Assembly (NCBI GenBank): GCA_905182715.1
Contig: CAJJCP010000003.1
Location: forward strand, 3,580 to 67,579
Reading direction: 5' to 3'
From: an uncultured Candidatus Poseidoniales archaeon
Lineage (GTDB): Archaea; Thermoplasmatota; Poseidoniia; Poseidoniales; Poseidoniaceae
DNA length: 64,000 bases
Both the position numbers and the translations under genes were made by a program. Under the pieces are notes generated by a model. That model was not told where the DNA came from and did not search any database. It was given only the letters and a program-made list of their open reading frames with translations. Each line of letters opens with the position of its first letter. Within the stretch, counting starts at the first letter, position 1. Shown here in pieces: positions 9,507-17,732 of the stretch.

Positions 9507-10418
9507 ATGACAATGAGTGTTCGTTGGAAATGGTGGCGTTCTCGGCGCTTGAAGCACCCTCCGGATGACATCCACCGCGCTGGCGACCTTGCCGAAATGC
9601 GGCTGTGTAAGTTATCAAGGGCGGCTGGACGAGAAAACGGTTGGAAGATTTTTGAATCGGTTCGAATTCCCGACCCGGATGGTGGACGAAGAGAAATTGA
9701 CATGGTCGTCATCGGAGGCAATACCATGCTGGTGGTTGAACAAAAGCACTGGGCTGGTTCATTTGTCATCACCAATGAGCATCATTTTGTTCAAAACCGG
9801 AACAATGGAACGCAACACAATCACGATGGCGTTGCAGATCGTATTGCACGAAAGGCGAAAATCTTGAATGCGTTACATGAAGAGCGGCTCTCACTTTCAA
9901 AAGATAAAGCGCTGGAGATGCAAGTTCTTGTGGCCATGACGCATCAGCGACTTGAATGGCCAAAAATTCCGAAGAATTTAGCGGCTGAAATGGTTGATGA
10001 AGCAGGCTTCATAAAAATTCTCGAAACGACGAGCCCGGGAGAAATGAATCCTGATTTGGTAGAGACTTTGGAAGGGTTCAACACGTGGGATGAAGTTCAT
10101 CTGCATGGGGGATTGATGTTGAAAGGAGATGTGTTTGGCCTGGGACTCGGCGATCATTTGCGTTCGTGGTTCGCCGACCGAAAAAGTCCTGTTCAGGCTA
10201 CTGCAGAACATAAGCGTTCAATGTTTTCTTTCTTCAGCAACAACCCAAGTGAAGTCACATTGAATACCGGCGGAAAAAACATCGTTGCCAAAATACCGTA
10301 TGGCCTTACCCTCGATATGCATGTTGTTGGTGAGAAAACGCCAAGAAAAGTCGAGTGGGCAACAATCACACACATCAGTGTGTCAAAGCCTCCAGCGGAC
10401 TGGGCCAAGAACGTTTGA
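9507..10418 (+). CDS. NERD (nuclease-related) domain protein
   Basis: N-terminal AGDLAEMRL...REIDMVVIGGNTMLVVEQKHWAGS matches the NERD pattern (E..D..vi...viE.K..G). The ~180-aa C-terminal region is unassigned. Confidence 0.6.
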   Translation: MTMSVRWKWWRSRRLKHPPDDIHRAGDLAEMRLCKLSRAAGRENGWKIFESVRIPDPDGGRREIDMVVIGGNTMLVVEQKHWAGSFVITNEHHFVQNRNNGTQHNHDGVADRIARKAKILNALHEERLSLSKDKALEMQVLVAMTHQRLEWPKIPKNLAAEMVDEAGFIKILETTSPGEMNPDLVETLEGFNTWDEVHLHGGLMLKGDVFGLGLGDHLRSWFADRKSPVQATAEHKRSMFSFFSNNPSEVTLNTGGKNIVAKIPYGLTLDMHVVGEKTPRKVEWATITHISVSKPPADWAKNV

Positions 10419-10430
10419 TGTTCGCGAAGT

Positions 10431-10754
10431 TTGATGTGTGTTGGTCCAACGGCTATGGCTATGGCTGCTGTTTGGATTGAGGCAATTGGTTTACTCGCTG
10501 GCGTCATCGGAATTTTTGCTTGGATTCCTCAAATCATCCAAGTGTGGGTCCACAAACGCCATGATGGAATCTCGCTGACGACGTTTGCAGTTGTTTCTTT
10601 TGCACTGGGTTTGTGGCTAGTCTATGGAATTCTTGTCGATTCCTTTGCCATGATCGCCGCCAATATCATGACCTTAACGGTCATCGGCGCCGTCATTATT
10701 GGCGTTCTTAAAGTTCGTAAAAACGAGTTGCAATCTGAAGAAAATCAGTTGTAA
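10431..10754 (+). CDS. SemiSWEET / PQ-loop family transporter
   Basis: About 100 aa with 3 TM helices and a PQ motif in helix 1 (FAWIPQIIQVW). Confidence 0.75.
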   Translation: MMCVGPTAMAMAAVWIEAIGLLAGVIGIFAWIPQIIQVWVHKRHDGISLTTFAVVSFALGLWLVYGILVDSFAMIAANIMTLTVIGAVIIGVLKVRKNELQSEENQL

Positions 10755-11758
10755 GAAGCCTTGGTCGTTGAAATAATCACTGCCCCAATCTTGTAGGGGT
10801 CTCCGTTTGATGCTGGTCGTCGGTCTTCGAGACGTCCAACCCAACCATCTTCAGGAACTGTAATTGGGATTCGAATCGAGGCTCCACGGTCTGAAACGCC
10901 GTAGGAGAATTGGTCAATCGATTGAGTTTCATGCAAACCGGTTAGACGTTGATCGTTGAATTCTCCGTAGACGTCCATGTGCTTCTTGACGTTCTTGCCG
11001 AATTCTTCGCAAATCTTTGTGAATAATTCTTCCCCACCCACATCGCGCATTTTTCCATCAGAGAAATTAGCGTGCATTCCTGAACCGTTCCAATCTCCTT
11101 TAACCGGTTTTGGATGGTATTCAATATAGCAACCGTAGCTTTCAGTGAGGCGGTCCAGTAAGTAACGGGCCAGCCACAATTCATCGCCGGCTTTCTTTGC
11201 ACCCTTGGCAAAGATTTGGAACTCCCATTGTCCACAGGCTACTTCTTGGTTGATTCCTTCGAAATTTATTCCAGCATCTAAGCACATATCTGCGTGCTCT
11301 TCAACCAATGAGCGGCCGTGGGTATTCCTTCCACCAACTGAACAGTAGTACATTCCTTGAGGCCCTGGGAATCCTCCTACAGGGAATCCAAGAGGGAGTT
11401 GTGTTTCAGTATCCATGATAAAATATTCTTGCTCAAAACCAAACCAAAAATCTTCGTCGTCGTCTTCAATTGTGGCTCGGCCGTTGCTCGAATGCGGAGT
11501 GCCGTCGGCATTCATAACTTCACACATAACAAGGAAACCATTGAACCGTTGAGGGTCCGGATATATTGCAACTGGTTTGAGAAGGCAGTCTGAAGAGTTT
11601 CCAACAGCTTGTTTTGTTGAAGAACCATCAAAATTCCACATATCGCATTCTTCAAGGGTTCCAGTGAAGTCTTGCTTCACGATTGTCTTGCTACGCATGT
11701 TCTGCGTCGGGTAATATCCATCGAGCCAAATGTACTCTAATTTTGCTTTATCCATCAT
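10745..11758 (-). CDS. glnA: glutamine synthetase, type II (eukaryote-like GSII)
   Basis: GSII signatures FDGSST, GINQEVACGQWEFQI, KPVKGDWNGSGMHANFS, RLTGLHET, SDRGASIRIP, LEDRRPASNGDPY. Length of ~337 aa fits GSII, not GSI. Confidence 0.9.
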   Translation of the reverse strand: MMDKAKLEYIWLDGYYPTQNMRSKTIVKQDFTGTLEECDMWNFDGSSTKQAVGNSSDCLLKPVAIYPDPQRFNGFLVMCEVMNADGTPHSSNGRATIEDDDEDFWFGFEQEYFIMDTETQLPLGFPVGGFPGPQGMYYCSVGGRNTHGRSLVEEHADMCLDAGINFEGINQEVACGQWEFQIFAKGAKKAGDELWLARYLLDRLTESYGCYIEYHPKPVKGDWNGSGMHANFSDGKMRDVGGEELFTKICEEFGKNVKKHMDVYGEFNDQRLTGLHETQSIDQFSYGVSDRGASIRIPITVPEDGWVGRLEDRRPASNGDPYKIGAVIISTTKASYN

Positions 11759-11926
11759 CGGTATCGATTCTGTGCTTGCAAAGACGGTATATCAACCATA
11801 CGCTCATCTTTTATCCGTTTTAATTTGTCAAATGCTTATTATTTTAACTTACTTCTAAACTATTGACTACTTATATTGCGTATCGTAGCGTTCTTTTCTA
11901 TTCATTTGTTTGCCTCACTAGAAAAT

Positions 11927-11943
11927 ATTTGAACATTTGAACA
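11927..11943. promoter_or_regulatory. tandem direct repeat ATTTGAAC x2 in the glnA / HTH-CBS divergent spacer (candidate operator)
   Basis: Sequence atttgaacatttgaaca lies within the 266-nt AT-rich intergenic region 11759-12024. Confidence 0.25.
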
Positions 11944-12024
11944 GAGTGTCGTAATTGATGAATTCGGACATAAAAATGAATGCCGACCGGTGAACTCATT
12001 GGTAGTGGGCCCCACGGGTAAACA

Positions 12025-12588
12025 ATGGAAATTCCAACCGGGGGATATTTGCGACAGTGGCGCAAATCTTTGGGGCTCACGCAGTCTTTGTTAGCTGAGC
12101 GTTCAGGATTGACGCAATCCGTCATTGCGAAAGTCGAGACCGGTTCTGTTGACCCACGTGCTTCGACACTTCGGAAAATGGTTGGAGCGCTTAAGCGAGA
12201 AGAGCAACCTGACCAAGCCCATACGGTGGGCGACATCATGATCTCTGAAGTCACGACATTAACCCGGACGGACACCGTTCAGTCCGCAATCGACAAAATG
12301 GTTTTTGGCGGTATTAGCCAGTTACCGGTACTCAGTGAAACAGGGTCTGTGGTCGGCTTGGTATCGGAATCAAGTCTCTTGAAGGGGGATGTTGGTCGAA
12401 GTGCTTGTGTCGATGAAGTCATGCGAGTTAACTTCTCGATGGTTGATGTTGATATCTCAATTGGTGAAGCACGACGCTTGCTTGGAGAAGAAGAAGTGTT
12501 GCTGGTCAATCGGCGAGGGGTGTTGGTCGGCCTTGTTGGCCGCATTGACATGGTCCGTGCATTACGTGATACGAGTAACAATTACTGA
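12025..12588 (+). CDS. transcriptional regulator, XRE-type HTH fused to a CBS domain pair
   Basis: HTH LRQWRKSLGLTQSLLAERSGLTQSVIAKVETG, followed by two CBS-like modules (IMISEVTTL...GISQLPVL, VMRVNFSMV...). Confidence 0.8.
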   Translation: MEIPTGGYLRQWRKSLGLTQSLLAERSGLTQSVIAKVETGSVDPRASTLRKMVGALKREEQPDQAHTVGDIMISEVTTLTRTDTVQSAIDKMVFGGISQLPVLSETGSVVGLVSESSLLKGDVGRSACVDEVMRVNFSMVDVDISIGEARRLLGEEEVLLVNRRGVLVGLVGRIDMVRALRDTSNNY

Positions 12589-12636
12589 TTATTGGCTGCG
12601 TCTTCACCTTGAGGTGTGATGAGTACGTTGCTTCCA

Positions 12637-14364
12637 TCACGATCGATATGCGGCACGGAAAGAACGCCCTCCGTTCACTGTAATAGGGCACAAGACTCCG
12701 CAAGCCGGAGCAAGGTAGTCCTCTCCTGTTTCTGTTAGCACAAGGCGAATACCGTGCCCTGCTGGTAGAAGAGCGTCAATAGCTTGGAATTCCATGAGCA
12801 TGGTAAGACTTTGACCTGGGAGAACAGTGGTCGGGTCGCTACCGCCTTGATGGTAGCGAATGTCCATGGTTGCATGGCCGATTCGAAGGTTGGTTTCTGC
12901 ATCTTGAATCTCGACAAAGATTTGTCCTCCATCCATAGCAGCTTGTACTTCGAGGTGAAGTGTTGTGAGTCCTGAAATGTGGATGTCTGTGTCACTGCTG
13001 AGTGCGTCGCATTCAATCACCACGCCACTCACACTTCCGCCAGACCCAGAAACTCCTTGCACTCGAGTCCCGGTTTGAACGCAGGTATCGAGTGGAACTT
13101 CAGTTGAGGTTCGGTCAAGCGGTGGCCAGGTTTCTTCGATTCGCCATTGCCCGTCGTTGCGTTGAATTTGAGCGTGGAGTTCTGGCTTCTCTCCGATTCC
13201 TTTCAAGTAATACTCGAACCATTCAAACAAATCTTGGCCCCAATCCCAGCGCGTCATGTTTTCAATCGCTTCTCCACCGTATCCGCTTTCTTGCGCGTTA
13301 TGCTTCGACCATTGGTCTGGATAGTTGTGTTCCCATTGACCGAGCATGCCTCGAACATCGAAACCTGCGTCGATAAACATCTGATACCACGGGAAAACTT
13401 GGTGCGGGTCAACGTTCCAATCTTGCATTCCTTGAACCCAGTAAACACTGCCGTTATAGTTGGTAAGTGCTTTCGAAATATGTTCTCTTTCTTCGTAATA
13501 GTTTGCCATGTAAGGATCTAATTCACCCATACCGTACGTCACTGGGCCTGCGAAGAGGCCTTCGATTATATCGGGGCAAATGTTGTCTAGATCTTCGCCG
13601 TTATAATCAACAGTGCTTCCAAAATAATTCATGTGCATCACTTGACTACGAGCTTCGGCACTTCCATTCTTGTAGAGAAGTGGATGGAGGCCTGTTGTGC
13701 CTGAAATTGGAACGATGGTTGCAAGGTGTTCACTGCCATGGACGGCTGCTTCCCATTGTGTTGCGCCTTCGTAGGACTTCCCATACAGTCCGACTTTCCC
13801 ATTGGACCAGTTTTGTGTGCCCAGCCATTCAACTGCTTGGTGAATCCCCCAGCCTTCTCCTTCGCCGCGATAATCGAAACATCCTGAAGACTCTTCAGTT
13901 CCAAATACAGAGACTTGTGCAAATGCATAGCCGTGAGGAATGTAATTATCGTAAATAAATTCGCCACGGCCACCGCCAACGACATTGGTTGCGCCAGATT
14001 CATCACCTGGTTGGCCAAACGAAAAGTACGGGCTCACTACGGCGATGACAGGGACTGTTTCTCCCATTTCTGTGTTCGATGGAAGCCAATATGAAAGATG
14101 GACGTTAGCTGTAGCGGGCCCAGTTTCCCAAACATCGGATGTGTCTACCTCAAAGGTCGCTTCTTGAACTTCAAGAGCCGTATAAGGGCCAGGCTGTAAG
14201 ACATAGGAGTAGCTATCTGTCCAATTCCAATCAAGGGTATGGCGCTCCCATTCTGTGGGGTATTGTGTTGATTCACTCTCCTCCACTTGTGAAGACTCGA
14301 CCCCAAAACAGCCTGAAAGCGGGCCGAGGAGAATCAACATCGACAGGAAGACAGCGAGACGCAT
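12637..14364 (-). CDS. X-Pro dipeptidyl-peptidase (S15) / CocE-NonD family hydrolase, exported lipobox protein
   Basis: Nucleophile elbow GLYGKSYEG. Signal peptide MRLAVFLSMLILLGPLSGCFG. The ORF track extends to 14421, but the start at 14364 gives a canonical signal peptide. Confidence 0.8.
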   Translation of the reverse strand: MRLAVFLSMLILLGPLSGCFGVESSQVEESESTQYPTEWERHTLDWNWTDSYSYVLQPGPYTALEVQEATFEVDTSDVWETGPATANVHLSYWLPSNTEMGETVPVIAVVSPYFSFGQPGDESGATNVVGGGRGEFIYDNYIPHGYAFAQVSVFGTEESSGCFDYRGEGEGWGIHQAVEWLGTQNWSNGKVGLYGKSYEGATQWEAAVHGSEHLATIVPISGTTGLHPLLYKNGSAEARSQVMHMNYFGSTVDYNGEDLDNICPDIIEGLFAGPVTYGMGELDPYMANYYEEREHISKALTNYNGSVYWVQGMQDWNVDPHQVFPWYQMFIDAGFDVRGMLGQWEHNYPDQWSKHNAQESGYGGEAIENMTRWDWGQDLFEWFEYYLKGIGEKPELHAQIQRNDGQWRIEETWPPLDRTSTEVPLDTCVQTGTRVQGVSGSGGSVSGVVIECDALSSDTDIHISGLTTLHLEVQAAMDGGQIFVEIQDAETNLRIGHATMDIRYHQGGSDPTTVLPGQSLTMLMEFQAIDALLPAGHGIRLVLTETGEDYLAPACGVLCPITVNGGRSFRAAYRS

Positions 14365-14445
14365 TGGTTGAGGCATGGAGTGGGGTGGCATCAATGTGAT
14401 GTTTGGAGAACGATACATCAAGAAGGCGCGACTCTTCGCTTTGAC

Positions 14446-15460
14446 ATGGGCGTTCTGGTAACTGGTGCTGCAGGCTTTATTGGCTCACATGTGGTTCATC
14501 TCTTGTTAGAAAAAGGCTACAAGGTTCGTGCAACTGCTCGAAATCCCCAAAATGCGAGTTTCCTCGAAGCATTTCCGAAACACAAAGGTGCAACGCTTGA
14601 AATTCTTCAAATGGATCTGTTCAACACTGAAGAAGTCGATGCTGCGGTGAAGGGGTGCGAAGTTGTAATTCACTGTGCTGCAGCATTGATGGTTGGAGTG
14701 CGTGACGCTCAGCGCGATGTCGTCGATCCTTCGGTTCTGGGAACTGAAAACCTTTGCAGCGCTCTACAAAAAGCAGGTTGTGTCCGGGCCATAGTGCACA
14801 CTTCATCAGTGGCGGCAATTCGAAGGACCCATAGTAAAAATGGGCAAATATTCACGTCCTCGGATTGGTGCGATGATGCTTCAGTCACATCGAACCCTTA
14901 CGGTATGGCAAAGGCAGAAGCTGAACGCGTTATGCGAAATTATGTCGAGCAGTTCACTGATGAACAACGACCAAGGCTCGTGACAATACACCCGTCAATT
15001 GTGTTTGGGCCGGTGTTTCAAAAACGCCACACACAAGGCTCGATGGCTTATCTCAAGCATTTTACTGGCCGATTACCGTTTGTTCTTCACACCCATCTGA
15101 ATTTTGTCGATGTCCGAGACGTAGCAGAAGCGCATGTTGCGGCCATTGAGGGTGGGAAGGATGGTGGCAGATATATCTTGCACAAAGAAGGAATGTGGAT
15201 GCGAGATATAGGGCGCAATCTGCGTCAGTTCGCTCCTGGAAATAAATGGGCCACATTCTGTCTACCTTCTCCTTTGGCTACCAGTAATGGCCGTATTCCA
15301 TCCAAAACTCACTGTTCGTCAAGTTCGCTCATCACTCGGCAGACATGTTAGCTATGACATCGAATCAACGGAAGAAGAATTAGGAATCTCACTCCATTCA
15401 ACAGAGAAAACACTCGTCGATTCTGTTGAGTCTTTGTTAGTACTAAGCCGTAAGGTATGA
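14446..15460 (+). pseudogene. NAD-dependent epimerase/dehydratase (DFR / cinnamoyl-CoA-reductase-like), disrupted as sequenced by a +1 frame change near 15265-15275
   Basis: MGVLVTGAAGFIGSHVV Rossmann start at 14446. The track frame ends in a non-conserved tail at 15351. The next frame reads the expected C-terminus LWLPVMAVFHPKLTVRQVRSSLGRHVSYDIESTEEELGI...VDSVESLL up to TGA 15458-15460. Span is 1015 nt (3n+1). Confidence 0.75.
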
Positions 15461-15484
15461 GTGACGAGACGCTTTGGGACAACC

Positions 15485-16288
15485 ATGCAGGCGAACGAGT
15501 CATGGGGCCGTCGTTGGAGTGAAAACTCACTTGCAATGGCTCGCACCTATATGGAAGTGGCTTGCCGAAAACAAAGTTTGGTTTGTCTCGCAGCGGATCG
15601 TTCTACGATGGCGGAACTGAATCAATTAATCGATGAAGTAGGGCCCTATCTTGCAGCACTCAAAACACATGTCGACTTGGTTGATGATTGGACTCCGGAA
15701 GCGTGGTCTGCATTTTGTGACAAGGCTTCTGCGGCAGATTTGTTGGTATTCGAAGACCGGAAGTTTGCAGATATTGGTGGCATCAGCCGTAAGCAGATGT
15801 CGGGTATTTACGACATTCGTTCTTGGGCTGACTTAGTCACAGCACACCTCATTTCCGGACCTGATATCGTCGACGGTCTACAAGCAGGGTGGGCCGATAT
15901 TGGAAGAGAAGGTGGCGTCCTTCTGTTGGCTCAGATGTCGAGTCGGGGTAATTTACTCGACCCAGACTATACGGAAAAAGTCGTCTCATTAGGCAAATCT
16001 CACCCCGGTGTTTTCGGGTTTATTGGAAACGGTTCTCGACCTGATGATTTGAAATTATTACGCCAAGCAGTTGGTGATGGTAAACTGATTTGGACTCCTG
16101 GTGTCAACCTTGCAGTTGGCGATGGAGAGATGGGGCAACGCTATGGTGACCCGCGCGAAGCGGTACTTGCAGGTTCGGATTGCATCATTGTAGGTTCTGG
16201 AATTCACAAGGCAGCAGACCCAGCACAACAAGCAGAGGCATATGCTAAGGCATCGTGGAATGCTCTGCTTGAACGGAAGCAACAGTAG
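15485..16288 (+). CDS. pyrF: orotidine 5'-phosphate decarboxylase (URA3-like type)
   Basis: KTHVDLV, FEDRKFADIG and LLLAQMSS motifs. ATG at 15485 chosen over the GTG at 15461 given in the track. Confidence 0.9.
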   Translation: MQANESWGRRWSENSLAMARTYMEVACRKQSLVCLAADRSTMAELNQLIDEVGPYLAALKTHVDLVDDWTPEAWSAFCDKASAADLLVFEDRKFADIGGISRKQMSGIYDIRSWADLVTAHLISGPDIVDGLQAGWADIGREGGVLLLAQMSSRGNLLDPDYTEKVVSLGKSHPGVFGFIGNGSRPDDLKLLRQAVGDGKLIWTPGVNLAVGDGEMGQRYGDPREAVLAGSDCIIVGSGIHKAADPAQQAEAYAKASWNALLERKQQ

Positions 16289-16298
16289 GAATGGTACA

Positions 16299-16586
16299 AT
16301 GATTGGGACGTTCCTGTGGTTTTTGGCTGTGGGATTATTTGGCATCCCAATTTGGATTCTTTGGAAGGCAAGCAAGAAAGCTGCTTCGCTTGATTTTAGA
16401 CTCGCGCAAAATGATGCATCGCTGCTTGAAGACGACGGGGTTATCGTAACTCAAATGACTGGTTTACCGCTAGGCACAAACATTGTTCCAAATGCCTATG
16501 TTATGGTTGCGCCTGAACAGCCTCAACTTGAAATCCCACATGTGCACCAAGAAACAATATGGCCTGACAAAACTATTCAGAACTGA
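16299..16586 (+). CDS. small membrane protein, hypothetical
   Basis: ATG at 16299 follows the pyrF stop. One N-terminal TM helix (IGTFLWFLAVGLFGIPIWILW). Confidence 0.4.
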   Translation: MIGTFLWFLAVGLFGIPIWILWKASKKAASLDFRLAQNDASLLEDDGVIVTQMTGLPLGTNIVPNAYVMVAPEQPQLEIPHVHQETIWPDKTIQN

Positions 16587-17305
16587 TCTAAAAGTCCATT
16601 TTGGCTTGCATAAACCAAGGCCCCTATTCCAGCCAAGGTTAAGATGATTAATACCTTGAACATTCTTCGTTTTGGCTTCGGCGTATTTGCAGCAAGAAGT
16701 ACTGTTTCCAAATCGGGTAGTGGGTGTATCGAAACGCCAGGTAATGGCAAGGCTGGCATCCCAGGTAAAGGTGGAAGAGGCATGAGTCCTTCATCTGCTT
16801 GTGGTTTAATTCGATCATCTGGATAGAGTTGGTCAAGGTCCTCAAGCCCTGGAGCGTCCGGGATTGGGCCAAGAATTTGCTCCCAGCGTTCTTCGATTAC
16901 TGTGGATGAAATTGGCTTTTCAAGCCACGCAACTGCACCGGCAGAATGGCTTGCATCCTCTGCCAATTGCGCCTGTCTTCGTGAGGCGACAAATACAATA
17001 CGGCTTTCTCCGCCGTGTTCTCGCATTTCTAAAGCAGCAAGGTGTCCGTCGAGAGAAGGAAGGTCCAAAGCAATAACAACCAATTCCGGGTCAATTCGAA
17101 TGTATTCATCAACCGCTTGGTCACCATCTTCACATACTTCGACATTGAATTCACGGATTTTGAATATTTCTCGTAATCGCATCAACGACATTGGGTTGTT
17201 ATCCACAATGAGTACCGTTGGTGCGGTTTCTTCGGCAGTCGGTGTGACGTAAGCCATGTGAATCATCTCTCTGATATCGCCATTACACATGAAATAACCG
17301 CACAA
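16577..17305 (-). CDS. single-domain response-regulator receiver with Pro-rich linker and C-terminal TM anchor
   Basis: REC fold: VLIVDNNP, VVIALDLPSLDG (acceptor Asp), IVFVAS, LEKP. C-terminal helix VLIILTLAGIGALVYA. Start may be 17257. Confidence 0.7.
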   Translation of the reverse strand: MCGYFMCNGDIREMIHMAYVTPTAEETAPTVLIVDNNPMSLMRLREIFKIREFNVEVCEDGDQAVDEYIRIDPELVVIALDLPSLDGHLAALEMREHGGESRIVFVASRRQAQLAEDASHSAGAVAWLEKPISSTVIEERWEQILGPIPDAPGLEDLDQLYPDDRIKPQADEGLMPLPPLPGMPALPLPGVSIHPLPDLETVLLAANTPKPKRRMFKVLIILTLAGIGALVYASQNGLLDQF

Positions 17306-17311
17306 GAAAGG

Positions 17312-17689
17312 TCATTCTTCGCTGTCTTTGGTGCTACTGAGGTCTTCGACTGGTCCGTTTTGAGGATTCGTAAAGGCTTCACGAATCGTTTCGGATTGCG
17401 CAGCGTCGCTTTCTGCTTCACGGCGGCGCGCTGGGGCTTTGAGAAATTGGAATTGTAACTCGCTCACAATGCCTTTCAGCATTCGTTCTTCATGGTCGCT
17501 TAGATTTCCTTTGGTTTTCCCTTGGAGCATTCTCAGTAAATCGATTCCTGCTTTCGCTTCTCCGAGATTAAACATCATGTTTCCCTCTTGGTCTGGTAAA
17601 AGTCCCAAATGCAGCATAGCCGACCGTTGGAACATGTGAATCAATTGAAAGAACTCTTCCGTCTCTTCGTCTTTGAAGGTGCCCGCCAT
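17312..17689 (-). CDS. DUF1844 domain protein
   Basis: FFQLIHMFQRSAMLHLGLLPD...GIDLLRMLQGKTKGNLSDHEERML matches the DUF1844 core, including KTKGNL. Confidence 0.65.
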   Translation of the reverse strand: MAGTFKDEETEEFFQLIHMFQRSAMLHLGLLPDQEGNMMFNLGEAKAGIDLLRMLQGKTKGNLSDHEERMLKGIVSELQFQFLKAPARRREAESDAAQSETIREAFTNPQNGPVEDLSSTKDSEE

Positions 17690-17732
17690 GATGTTCGGAG
17701 GGGTTTGGGGTCTAAGTCCTCATCGCTTGGCA

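Noticed and set aside
9659-9675. tRNA T-arm-like GGTTCGAATTCCCGACC
   Set aside because: It lies inside the NERD CDS, with no acceptor stem, D-arm or anticodon arm around it. No tRNA-like cloverleaf was found in any intergenic region.
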